NCBI GenBank assembly: GCA_951406725.2
Contig: OX597819.1
Coordinates: 28,892,001-28,956,000 of the forward strand
DNA length: 64,000 nucleotides
DNA from: Octopus vulgaris
Lineage: Eukaryota
Direction of reading: 5' to 3'
The notes under the pieces were generated by a model. The model was not told the DNA's origin. It made no database searches and saw only the letters and a program-made list of their open reading frames with translations. Both the position numbers and the translations under genes were made by a program. This document shows positions 13,103-25,549 of this stretch, in pieces; the first letter of the stretch is position 1, and each line of letters begins with the position of its first letter.

Positions 13103-13506
13103 AGGCGTAGGAGTGGCTGTGTGGTAAGTAGCTTGCTTACCAACCACATGGTTTCGGGTTCATTACCACTACATGGCACATTGGGCAAGTGTCTTCTACT
13201 ATAGCCTTGGGCCGACCAAAGCCTTGTGAGTGGATTTGGTAGATGGAAACTGAAAGAAGCCTGTCATATATATGTATGTATATATGTATGTGTGTGTATA
13301 TGTTTGTGCATCTGTGTTTGTCCCCCTAACATCGCTTGACAACCAATGGTGGCGTGTTTACGTCCCCATAACTTAGCGGTTTGGCAAAAGAGATTGATAG
13401 AATAAGTACTAGGCTTCCAAAGAATAAGGTCCTGGGATCAATTTGCTCAACTAAAGGTGGTGCTCCAGCATGGCCACAGTCAAATGACTTAAACAAGTAA
13501 AAGAGA
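13103..13506 (+). mobile_element. SINE family A, full length
   Basis: ggcgtaggagtggctgtgtggtaag head through gtaaaagag tail. Confidence 0.9.
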
Positions 13507-13829
13507 TATATATCTATACTCTGGGCATAACAACTGAGAACTGACATGGCCTACTGGCATGAAAATTTTCACACATGTGCAGGAAAAATAGTATTACCTC
13601 CCACCGAAAGGATTTTTTGCATGTGGCATTAGTTTTGGCAGGAAAAAGTAGTTAGGTACTTTTTGAACACACCTCATTTGTAAGAAACAGGGTTTAACAC
13701 TCTGTGTATAGGGTTCTTTTTAGTTTACATAGGTGTCATTACTTTGCTCCAAATTAAACACGATTGTAGAGGCCTATGATAAAAGTTGTTTCAACCATAG
13801 CCAATGTGACTTTTTATTATCATTTTTAT

Positions 13830-14253
13830 TGACTGGCATCCGTGCTAGCGGGGTGCAAAGAGCACCATACGAGTGTGATCGTCGACAGGTACTTATGCTT
13901 GTGCTAGTAGGGTGCCAAGAACACCATCCGAGCCTGATCGTTGCTTCCATACCCATGGCACGTAAAAGGGCACCATTCAAGTGTGATCATTACCAACGTT
14001 GCTTCACTGGCACCTGTGCCGGTGGCACGTGTAAAAAGATTCGAGCGAGGTCATTGCCAGTACTGCTTGACTGGCCCCTGTGCCGGTGGCATGTAAAAAG
14101 CACCCACTACACTCTCGAAGTGGTTGGCGTTAGGAAGGGCATCCAGCTGTAGAAACTCTGCCAGATCAAGACTGGAGCCTGGTGCAGCCATCTGGTTTGC
14201 CAGCCCTCAGTCAAAACCGTCCAACCCATGCTAGCATGGAAAACGGACGTTAA

Positions 14254-14286
<33 letters not shown>
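13830..14286 (+). mobile_element. RTE LINE 3' UTR/tail copy
   Basis: Repeated gtgccggtggcacgtaaaaagcacc units, catgctagcatg stem and (GAT)n tail. Confidence 0.8.
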
Positions 14287-14288
<2 letters not shown>

Positions 14289-14658
14289 GCACAATATTAA
14301 AGAGTCATAATATCTCATGTGAACTTACTTTTAAAACATAATAAGATTTGGTTGCTATTTCATAAAGGTACCACTACAACATAGATTACAACACTGGCTC
14401 TTTTCTATACAATTGTTTATGTTTATATACATACAGTGGTATACATAGATATATACATACATATCAATGTATACATATACATATGCATATATAAGGTTGT
14501 GCGATGACCAGATTACAACACTGGCTCTTTTCTATACAGATGTTTATGTTTAGTCCCAGGTCAACTCAGTCCTATGTGCATATACATACATTGCTACTCA
14601 TACATATGTACATGCATATCTCTATAGACACACACATAAGCATATATTGGGTGTGCAA

Positions 14659-14860
14659 AGGCACATGGCTTAGTGGTTAGGATGTTGTACTCATGATCAC
14701 AAGATCATGGTTTCAATTCCCAGACTGATGGCACAATGTGTTCTTCAACAAAACACTTCATTTCACACACGCTCCAGTCAACTCAGTTGTAAGTGAATAA
14801 TCCTTTGATGGACTGGAATTCTGTTCAGTGGGTAATGTTGGCCTGCCTGCTAAGCCAGTA
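14659..14860 (+). mobile_element. SINE family C-related, diverged
   Basis: ggcacatggcttagtggttagg...ggtttcaattcc head. Confidence 0.65.
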
Positions 14861-14899
<39 letters not shown>

Positions 14900-14904
<5 letters not shown>

Positions 14905-15269
14905 GAATAAGGGTAGGGTAGAAATTGATATTAATCAATTAAAACCAGTGGCCTAGCATATTAAAGAAATCCGAAGATTAAAATATTTTTACATACAAAA
15001 TTTAAAGGACTGACCACTAAAAGTGGACGGTCAATATGCTAGATATAGACGTCAAAATCGCTATTTTCCACGAAGAATGTGTTCTCAAATAAAAACTCAG
15101 CACAAAACCAAAGTGTAAAAAATAAACAAGACAAATGAAAATATATGAAATAATAACGATTACCTTTGTACCGATCAGTTTATTTGAGAACACATTCTTC
15201 GTGGAAAATAGCGATTTTGATGTCTATATCTAGCATATTGACCGTCCACTTTTAGTGGTCAGTCCTTTA

Positions 15270-15275
<6 letters not shown>
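14900..15275 (-). mobile_element. Short PLE-like insertion in (TA)n with a 97-bp inverted duplication
   Basis: 14997-15093 and 15179-15275 are inverted copies with about one mismatch. (TA)n on both sides. Confidence 0.7.
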
Positions 15276-15312
<37 letters not shown>

Positions 15313-15599
15313 CAATTTATATAAGTTATTTTTATTTTTGCAATTTACTTAATCTTTGACACTTTATGTTATTTTAATGTTAATATTTCTATTATATGTA
15401 ATTTTCTGGCTGGTGTAATTTAATTGTTCATTTTGAATTGATAAATGGTGTTTATTTTCTAATTTTTTATATATTTATTATATTGTGTGAAATTTGATTT
15501 AGTACTTCTAAATTGAATTTTTTTTCCTTGTAAGTTTTGGATTTTATTCCCTCAAATATTAATAATTTTATACATATATATATATATATATATATACTT

Positions 15600-16020
15600 A
15601 CATACATACATGCATACATACATACATGATGGTTGTCTACTCCTTATGCAGAGTTTGACCACCTCCTGTATCTACACCTTAGAACCAGCATGACATCTGA
15701 TGTGACTTTTTAAACCAGACAATGTTTTGAAAAGGCACCCACATAGATTGCACCTCCAATTTGGACCACCAAGAGCTGCAGATAAGTTCTGATCTTTGTG
15801 GATCTTAAAATGTCTTTTGAGACCTCCATTAGATTTGCAAACCTTCTGGCATACACTGCATTGAAAAGTGTGCACAGACATATAGGCAGAATAGTTGATG
15901 GAGGTTCGTTTTCCATGGGTTCGCAAATGAGATTTGAGCTCAGCGAAAGAAAGGCATGGTCTGTCACAAACTGTGCACACAAAAAAGGTCATTGTGATTC
16001 ACCTTCTCGATCATAACATT
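15600..16020 (-). mobile_element. 3' end of a LINE (probably RTE) encoding three C2H2 zinc fingers, with a (TATG)n tail
   Basis: ORF 15672-15992 encodes CTVC..H.RTH, CSVC..H.KIH and CNLC..H.RCH without TGEKP linkers. The stop is followed after ~40 nt by ccatcatg(tatg)n. Confidence 0.65.
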
Positions 16021-17639
16021 CTTCCTTAAATCTCTCTTGAGTCTTGCATGCATTATACATATAATGAAAGGTAATCCAGACATTCTGGAATCAGTCAGTC
16101 TATGACTTTTCTTGGCTTTGGCATGACTTGATAAACTTTCTCCATACTGGTTGGTTTTTCACTTGGGTTTGCTATTTACTATGATCAAATCTTTTCCACT
16201 TCATATTCCATTTTTGCAGTATCTTTGAATCTCAGTCCAGGTCTTCCATGGTTTCTTTTCCTCTTGTATAATTGAGAGTAAAGAAGTTGTCAGTGCAACC
16301 TGTTGCATAGTCAGGTCGTTGGTGTCTAAACTGGAAACTCTATCAAGCTTGCTTGGTGAAGAGGGTGATTTTGGACACCTTTCAGGATTCCAGACATAAT
16401 TATCACACAACATGAAATCTGATTGTTTCTAAGAAAGTTGGGTGTGGTTAGAGGGAGCTATAGATGTCATTTCTTGCAGCTTGGTAGATGACACAGATAG
16501 TAGTTCCTTCCTGGTTCCAATGTATTGTCTGTTGTTAGATATATTTTGAGTTATCTCCCTCTTCAGGTCAGTTCAAAAATGGTTTGATACTAGTAATCAT
16601 GTAGTTATTACGTAAACCAGTACTTCTTGTTTCATGATTGGGCCATTACCTTCATCCTGGTGTGTGTAGGATGGTTGAACAACCCGATAAGGTAAAACAG
16701 TACCTGTATGTTGTTAGATATTGTGTGTTGTTGCGTTGTCTATAGTCAGATATGTTTACAACTTTCAGTCTTACCTGACCTGCTAGAAATAGCAGTGAAA
16801 TTGTCCTCATATCCTACTTCATTGTTTTCAAAAAGAGAAATACATGCTGGTTAATAGTTAGATGATTATGCCATTTAACCCCAGAAAGACACCACCAGTT
16901 GGCTTATTTAGTGTGCTTCTTGCACTTGATATTTATTGCAAGTAGGAGATAACTCCTGCCACCCTAGCTCCAAGACCACCAGATCATGTGTTTTCATCCA
17001 TATTGGATCTCTGGTGATGGGTACTCATTCAGCGTATATAGGGTACCATGTGTGTACAAATTGATGTATGGACTGTTACTATTAAGTTTAAAGCTCCATA
17101 TAGATTATAATCATTAGCCTACTTTTAGTATAGGAGTTAAGGTACTACTATACTTAGTAGTATTATTAGTTATGATATACAGAGCATATGTAGGAAAATT
17201 TATGAGAAAAACAAGTTTATATCATTTGTTCCTACATGCATTTCACCATCGTGGTTGCTTAAAATTCTGGATTGGATGTTCCCAGTGTGTAAGGACAAAT
17301 TATATAAGCTTGTGCTTATTGTAATTTATCCTAGATTTGCTCTCGTTGTCATCATCCTCATAACTAGCATATCATAATAAGTGGTAATAGAGGAAGCTGA
17401 CTGGAACACTAAACTCAACATAGTAGTCATACATCTGTTTGTAGAGAATTAGTTCTATGCAATATAATGCAATAACATATCATCCAATGAGATCCATTGT
17501 GGTTAAGCCTTCAATTGCATTTGGAATGTCCAATACAGAATTTTAAACAAATCACAATGGTAACATGTATGTAGAAACAAATCGTATAAACTTATAAACT
17601 AGTGTTTAATGTAATTTCTCATATATATATATATATATA

Positions 17640-18035
17640 TCTTTATATATAAAAGTCAAGTTGTGTGTCTGTCTCCTACGATTTAGATTCCTAACTACTC
17701 CCACATTTTACGGTGCAGTTTAACCAAAACCGGATATCTTATAGTCGTGATTCATATCGAGCCCTTCTGGGTATTAGCACGCGTCTACAATGAGTCTACG
17801 ATTTAAAAAACATTTACCATCATTTTTTTCCATTTTAATGCATTTATTTCGCTATTAAATAAGGGAAGTAACTCTCTAAAAATGTCTACGATGAGTCAAC
17901 GATTTAAAAAAAATTTACCATAATTTTTTTTCCATTTTTAATGCATTTTTTTGCTATTTTTTGGCTATAACTCTCTAAAAATGCTTATATGGTTATTTCC
18001 CTTACAAACCCGAGCAACGCCGGGCGATACTGCTA

Positions 18036-18036
<1 letters not shown>
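17640..18036 (+). mobile_element. Non-autonomous Helitron
   Basis: 5' TC, subterminal hairpin cccg-agcaacgc-cggg, 3' CTAG, inserted between A and T in (TA)n with no TSD. Internal ~100-bp duplication. Confidence 0.85.
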
Positions 18037-18080
<44 letters not shown>

Positions 18081-18580
18081 TCATCATCATCATCATTTAA
18101 TGTCTGTTTTTGATACAATTTTGATGAGCCGGAGAGCTACACCAGGCTCCAGTCTGACTTGGCATGGTTTCTATGGCTGGATACCCTTCCTAATGCCAAC
18201 CACTTCATTGAGTGTTCAGGGTGCTTTTATATCTCATGAGTGCTTTTTACATGGCACTGGCACACAACTCTTGCAGGCCAATCCTCTTCACCAATGCGAG
18301 CAGCCTTAACACTTCTGCTGTGGAGTATAGGCCATACTCATATTCATACACACGAGGGTCTTTTTCTTTGTCTGTCTAACAAATTCATTCTCAGTGCTTT
18401 TAGTTGACTCAGATTTATAGTAGACGACATTTGTCTGGGGTACCAGACAGGAGCCAGGGGTAAAAGACCATGCATTTGGGAAGCAAACTTCTTAACTACA
18501 GAACCATAACTGCAGCTAACTTCACTTAACTATATATGTATGTCTGTATGCATGTATCTATATGTATGTCCAACTTATGT

Positions 18581-18963
18581 GGAGGCGCAATGGCCCAGTG
18601 GTTAGGGCAGCGGACTCGCGGTCATAGGATCGCGGTTTCGATTCCCAGACCGGGTGTTGTGAGTGTTTATTGAGCGAAAACACCTAAAAGCTCCACGAGG
18701 CTCCGGCAGGGGATGGTGGTGATCCCTGCTGTACTCTTTCACCACAACTTTCTCTCACTCTTACTTCCTGTTTCTGTTGTACTTGTATTTCAAAGGGCCG
18801 GCCTTGTCACTCTCTGTGTCACGCTGAATATCCCCGAGAACTACATTAAGGGTACACGTGTCTGTGGAGTGCTCAGTCACTTACACGTTAATTTCACGAG
18901 CAGGCTGTTCCATTGATTCGGATCAACCGGAGCCCTCATCATCGTAACCGACGGAGTGCTTCC
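18581..18963 (+). mobile_element. SINE family C, full length and young
   Basis: tRNA-like head. 15-bp TSD atgtccaacttatgt at 18566-18580 and 18964-18978. Confidence 0.92.
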
Positions 18964-19010
18964 ATGTCCAACTTATGTTTTTCTTATATTTTTATTCAAG
19001 TTCTTCTTAA

Positions 19011-19231
19011 CCCTTTTGTTACCAACCCGGCTGAAACCGGCTCTGGCTCTGTAGTACAAATGTCTAGTTTACATAAGTTTTGAATTAAAATCTTCCACCA
19101 AACCTTAGTCACAATTTATGTTCCTAACACAAGCTTAATGATAACTAAGTTATTTTACTAAATTCTTTGTTATATTTAAAATAATTGGGAGAAACACAGA
19201 GCATCTCAAAATAAATACAGTAACGAAAGGC
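19011..19231. mobile_element. piggyBac-type MITE (second family)
   Basis: TTAA|CCCTTTTGTTAC ... GTAACGAAAGGC|TTAA. Confidence 0.8.
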
Positions 19232-19434
19232 TTAAGAAAGTTCCCTGCAGTTTTAAACATGTGGTTGAGTTTGTGTGCTGTTTGAGCTGTCAATGCATAC
19301 ACCCAATTGTGTGCATCTATTCACCTAAAGAATTTCAGATGGAGAATCATTGGAATGTCTTACAAATCTTCACTCTGATGCTAATGGATTGATTTTGGAG
19401 AATCCACATCAGTTTGCTCTCTCATTCTTTCAAT

Positions 19435-19669
19435 ATGTATGTATGTATGTATGTACGTATGTATGTATGTATGTATGTATGTATGTATGTATGTATGTAT
19501 GTATGAATGTCTGTATGTATGTATGTATGTATGTATGCATGCATGCATGCGTATGTATGAATATACATATGTATGTATACATGTATGTGTATATATATAT
19601 ATATATGTATGTATATATGTAGGTATATATATGTATGTGTATATATGTATACACATACATACATATATG

Positions 19670-19725
<56 letters not shown>
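19435..19725. repeat. (TATG)n/(TA)n microsatellite
   Basis: Direct inspection. Confidence 0.9.
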
Positions 19726-19727
<2 letters not shown>

Positions 19728-20003
19728 TGCTTGAGTGGCTGCAATAGCTTGTTTACTAATCACATGGTTCCGGGTTCAGTCCCACTGCGTGGCACCTTCC
19801 GCAAGTGTATTCTACTATAATCTCGGGCTGACCAAAGCCTAAAGAGTGGATTTGGTAGATGGAAACTGAAAGAAGCCTGTCATATATATATATGTGTGTG
19901 TGTGTGTGTGTATGTTTGTGTGTCTTTGATTGCCCCCCCCAACATCGCTTGACAACCGATGCTGGTGCATTTATGTCCCTGTAACTTAGCGGTTTGACAA
20001 AGA
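19726..20003 (+). mobile_element. SINE family A, 3'-truncated at the foldback element
   Basis: Head and body up to gtaacttagcggtttgacaaaga. Confidence 0.85.
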
Positions 20004-20004
20004 C

Positions 20005-21100
20005 GTTTGATTCAGACTCCTTGGTACTCTGAGTTTCAAGCGTGTGGCTTGTCTGAATGAGAATTTGATTGAAGAGAATCAATGTTTATTATTGGACGTT
20101 AGTCTGCAATAGGTTGAGAAAGGTCACATGTTATAGCAGTTTGATGCCAGTATTTCAACAACAACAATTAGTCAGAAAATACCACACGGTAAACAGGAAA
20201 TCAACTGCATGGTTAACAGGAAATTGACCGCATGGTGGACAAGAAATTGGTTGTATGGTTGGGGGAAAGTAGGAAGGGGCTGTAGATGTGGGGGTATATA
20301 TGCATATATAAAAGGCGGCGAGCTGGCAGAAACGTTAGCACGCCGGGTGAAATGCTGAGCAGTATTTCGTCTGCCGCTACGTTCTGAGTTCAAATTCCGC
20401 TGAGGTCGACTTTGCCTTTCATCCTTTCGGGGTCGATTAGATAAGTACCAGTTACGCACTGGGGTCGATATAATCAACTTAATCGTTTGTCTGTCCTCGT
20501 TTGTCCTCTCTGTGTTTAGCCCCTTGTGGGTAGTAAAGAAATAGGTATATATGCATATATGTACATGTATATGCCCATGTATCTGTGTGTATACACCCAT
20601 ACTTATATGAATGAGTATGTGTGCTTAGATGTAAATTCACACATCCATGCATGCAGGCACACACACACACAGATACAGACACACACACACACACACACAC
20701 ACACAGATACAGAAACAGACACACAAAAGCACACATATATACACACAGACAGACACAAAAACATAAAGGCACACATGCACACACGGGTGCACATATATAC
20801 ATACACACACACATGCTCTTCCCCCTCCAACCACACAACTGATTTCTTGTCCACTACATGGTTGATTTCCTGTTCACCATGCAGTCGATTTCCTGTTTAC
20901 CATGTGGCATTTATCTACTAATTTTTGTCACTGAAATACTGACATCAAACCGCTATACCACATGACCTTTCTCAACCAATTGCAGGCTAACATCCAGTAA
21001 TAAATATTGACTCTCTTTAATGGAACTCTCATTCAGATCTCAGTCACCAAAGACTAGCCACACGCTTGAAACTCAGCAGACCAAGGCGTCCGAATCAAAC
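20005..21100. mobile_element. Foldback/long-TIR element with ~270-bp arms
   Basis: 20005-20268 is an imperfect inverted copy of 20818-21100. Each arm carries three ~23-bp subrepeats (aacaggaaatcaactgcatggt-like). Confidence 0.75.
20313..20545 (+). mobile_element. SINE family B (GGCGGCGAGCTGGCAGAA head; Nin/Deu-like core taagtaccagtt...ggggtcgat)
   Basis: B-box gagttcaaattcc. Paralogs at 38438, 45264, 45544, 28810 (partial) and 60360 (-). Confidence 0.85.
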
Positions 21101-21170
21101 TATTTTTGATCTATACATGTAAATCCCAATAAATGTGTTGAGTGCCCTTTTTTCATTTGTCTACTCCCTC

Positions 21171-21218
<48 letters not shown>

Positions 21219-21219
21219 C

Positions 21220-21259
<40 letters not shown>

Positions 21260-21992
21260 AAGACAGAAGACTGGAAAATTTGGTATATGCCTATGTTTAT
21301 TTTGATATATTTTTTCCAGTCTTCTGTTTTAATATTTAATTACTCTGTAAACTGAATTCACCCAATATTTCAATCACTATGTATATCACATTTAGAAAAA
21401 AGATCTATGTATGTACATTAGACTAATACAAACATACAGATTTGCTTTGTGAGAACACTGCTTAGATTATAACCCCTTATATTCTCTCTATATGTATATA
21501 TATATATATGTATGTACATATAGATGTGTGTGTGCATATATATATATATATGTGTGTACATACACTCACACACACATATTATATATACACACATACACAC
21601 ACATATATATTATATATGTATATAATACAAATAAGAAAATGGAGAAACAAATTTAGTTTGTTCATCACCTTTCGGATATTATAATGTTGGATTATTTATT
21701 CATTTAACAAAATGAGAACATCAATAGCATACAAATATATCCTATAATTCAATACATATAAGATATAAGATAAGAATACAAATTAAAAAATTCATTATAT
21801 AAATTAATGAAATCATTATAATCACTTCTTACAGCTGTTTCAGCCTATGGCTAAAAGTAGATAATTTTACTTTCATTGCCTATAGTTGTCAACATACTGA
21901 AGTTGTAGGCATATTGGATAAATGCTATCCCATAGAGGGTTACACACATAACCCCTATCTTACTTTGTTATATATGTATATATATATGCGTG

Positions 21993-22052
<60 letters not shown>

Positions 22053-22074
22053 CACACACATACATGTAGATGTG

Positions 22075-22155
<81 letters not shown>

Positions 22156-22170
22156 TTATTATATAGAAGG

Positions 22171-22221
22171 AGCTTCTACAGGACTAGTACTGTTTCATTC
22201 AAGAGAAATCTTCAGGAAGCT
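22171..22221 (-). ncRNA. Type I hammerhead ribozyme (inverted copy of 25499-25549)
   Basis: Exact reverse complement of the 25499-25549 motif. Confidence 0.85.
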
Positions 22222-22563
22222 ATTTAACAAGAATTGTATTAGCATTTATACATTTAGGCAGGTTTAAAGGAGTGGTGGTGGGGGACTTTTGGGGGTAGGC
22301 ATAGCGCAAAATATCATACTTGGGGGAGTGGTCAAGGAGTCAGTGGTAATTTAGATGAAAGAATAGATAAATAAAAAAATAAAAAAATAAAAAAATAAAA
22401 AAATAAAAATATTAAAAAAAATAAAAAAATAAAAAATATATATAAAAAATATATATATAAAAATATATATATAAAAAAAGGGGGGATAGAGTTATAGGTA
22501 AATAAGGAGATTCTCACTTATACCTATACACACATGTATACGTATCTACACACACATATATAT

Positions 22564-22618
<55 letters not shown>

Positions 22619-23054
22619 CACACATACATACATATCTACATACACACATACATACACCCGCCCACATATACAAATTTATACACATGCACATGCCTATACC
22701 TGTCTACACATACACACACGTATATATGCATACACTCACTCCCATGCATGCACGCATACACACATGTATATATATATATACATATACCCACGACCACACA
22801 TACATATATACACAGAAAAATATATATTCATACGCACATACACTCATGCACACACAACACACCTAGTTCCCTATATACACATATTTACACCTATATATAC
22901 ATACACCCACATACACATATGTACATATATATATATATATATATATACATATACACGCATACATATATATACATGTGTGCACATACATACATATACACAT
23001 ATACATACACGTACACATACACATGTGTACCTATACATACCTACACATACACAC

Positions 23055-23099
<45 letters not shown>

Positions 23100-23425
23100 C
23101 CAATACAGGCCCATTCCCTAATTTTAATTTTATTATCTTCATTTATTACTTTTGTTATCTTTGATCGCTAGAGCTAAGGATCCTGGCTATGGCAGCATGT
23201 CCATTTGTCTGTCTACTAGAAGGCAAGTACTCATTCCCGCACGCACACTCATTAGCACGTACATTCACCCATTCGTACACTCATACACATACACGTACGC
23301 ACGCGTTATATTCATACATACAAGCATCTACCTACGTTCACGTATATACACATACGTACTCGTACCTACAGATTCGTGTCTACACTTTAGGAGGCTAGTC
23401 TATACATATACACCAATAAATATAC

Positions 23426-23458
<33 letters not shown>

Positions 23459-23517
23459 TACACACACACACATATACTCCTACATACAGATACATACCTA
23501 TATATATATATATATAT

Positions 23518-23564
<47 letters not shown>

Positions 23565-24046
23565 TGCGTGTGTGTATGTATGCATATATGTATGTATGCA
23601 TGTATATGTGTATGTATATATATGTGTGTAAGTGTGTGCATATATGTATATGTAAGTATGTGTGTGCGTATGAGTATGTATGTATGCTTGCACACGTGTA
23701 TATATATGTGTGTGTGTGTATATATATGGATGCGCGTGCGTGTGTGCACGTGTATGGGTACGCATGTATATGTGTATGTGCGTGTATGTGTATACGTGTA
23801 TGTATGTATGTGTGTGCGTATATTTGTATATGTATGTGTGAGTGTGTATATATATATATATATATATAGATGGGTGTGTGTATGCGTATAAATGCATGTA
23901 AGTATGGATGTATGGATGTATGTATGTATGTATACGTATGTATGTGTGTATGTGTGTATGTATATATATATGTGTGTATATATGTTTGTGTATGTATATA
24001 TATGTGTATGTATGTGTGTGTATATATATGTGTGTATGTGTATGTA

Positions 24047-24089
<43 letters not shown>

Positions 24090-24163
24090 GTATATATGTA
24101 TATATATATATATATATATAGGTATGTATCTGTATGTAGGAGTATATGTGTGTGTGTGTATGT

Positions 24164-24195
<32 letters not shown>

Positions 24196-24515
24196 TTATT
24201 GGTGTATATGTATAGACTAGCCTCCTAAAGTGTAGACACGAATCTGTAGGTACGAGTACGTATGTGTATATACGTGAACGTAGGTAGATGCTTGTATGTA
24301 TGAATATAACGCGTGCGTACGTGTATGTGTATGAGTGTACGAATGGGTGAATGTACGTGCTAATGAGTGTGCGTGCGGGAATGAGTACTTGCCTTCTAGT
24401 AGACAGACAAATGGACATGCTGCCATAGCCAGGATCCTTAGCTCTAGCGATCAAAGATAACAAAAGTAATAAATGAAGATAATAAAATTAAAATTAGGGA
24501 ATGGGCCTGTATTGG

Positions 24516-24562
<47 letters not shown>

Positions 24563-24663
24563 GTGTGTATGTGTAGGTATGTATAGGTACACATGTGTAT
24601 GTGTATGTGTATGTATATGTGTATATGTATGTATGTGCACACATGTATATATATGTATGCGTG

Positions 24664-24694
<31 letters not shown>

Positions 24695-25000
24695 GTACAT
24701 ATGTGTATGTGGGTGTATGTATATATAGGTGTAAATATGTGTATATAGGGAACTAGGTGTGTTGTGTGTGCATGAGTGTATGTGCGTATGAATATATATT
24801 TTTCTGTGTATATATGTATGTGTGGTCGTGGGTATATGTATATATATATATACATGTGTGTATGCGTGCATGCATGGGAGTGAGTGTATGCATATATACG
24901 TGTGTGTATGTGTAGACAGGTATAGGCATGTGCATGTGTATAAATTTGTATATGTGGGCGGGTGTATGTATGTGTGTATGTAGATATGTATGTATGTGTG

Positions 25001-25055
<55 letters not shown>

Positions 25056-25498
25056 ATTTATTATATAGAAGGAGCTTCTACAGGACTTACTCTGCTATGT
25101 ATTGAGTACCTTACTTACTGTGGTTAACCCCGAATCAACCCGGGACCTACATATATATATGTGTATATATATGTGTGTGTAGATACGTATACATGTGTGT
25201 ATAGGTATAAGTGAGAATCTCCTTATTTACCTATAACTCTATCCCCCCTTTTTTTTATATATATATTTTTATATATATATTTTTTATATATATTTTTAAT
25301 TTTTTTATTTTTTTATTTTTTTATTTTTTTATTTTTTTATTTTTTTATTTATCTATTCTTTCATCTAAATTACCACTGACTCCTTGACCACTCCCCCAAG
25401 TATGATATTTTGCGCTATGCCTACCCCCAAAAAGTCCCCCACCACCACTCCTTTAAACCTGCCTAAATGTATAAATGCTAATACAATTCTTGTTAAAT

Positions 25499-25549
25499 AG
25501 CTTCCTGAAGATTTCTCTTGAATGAAACAGTACTAGTCCTGTAGAAGCT
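25499..25549 (+). ncRNA. Type I hammerhead ribozyme with complete core
   Basis: agcttc CUGAAGA u-uuc-ucuu-gaa-u GAA-Acag-uacuaguc-cugU A gaagcu. Stem I 6 bp, stem II 3 bp with a U.U closing pair, stem III 4 bp with palindromic ACUAGU in the loop. GUA cleavage predicted after 25543. Confidence 0.85.

Larger units (their letters stand above)
11957..13676 (-). mobile_element. Decayed, internally deleted mariner element with nested MITE and SINE
   Basis: TIRs tgaggtgcgttcaaaaagta and tactttttgaacacacctca. The minus strand reads like a mariner N-terminus (ADHPQAKRRSQLMRFSKQLWKTIE). Confidence 0.75.

Noticed and set aside
18581-18655. Functional tRNA gene
   Set aside because: It is the tRNA-like head of a SINE with body, tail and a 15-bp TSD.
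22534-24935. Tyr/Ile/His/Thr- and Cys/Val-rich ORFs, including the mirrored [15 protein letters not shown]
   Set aside because: Microsatellite reading frames; the mirroring simply reflects the inverted duplication.
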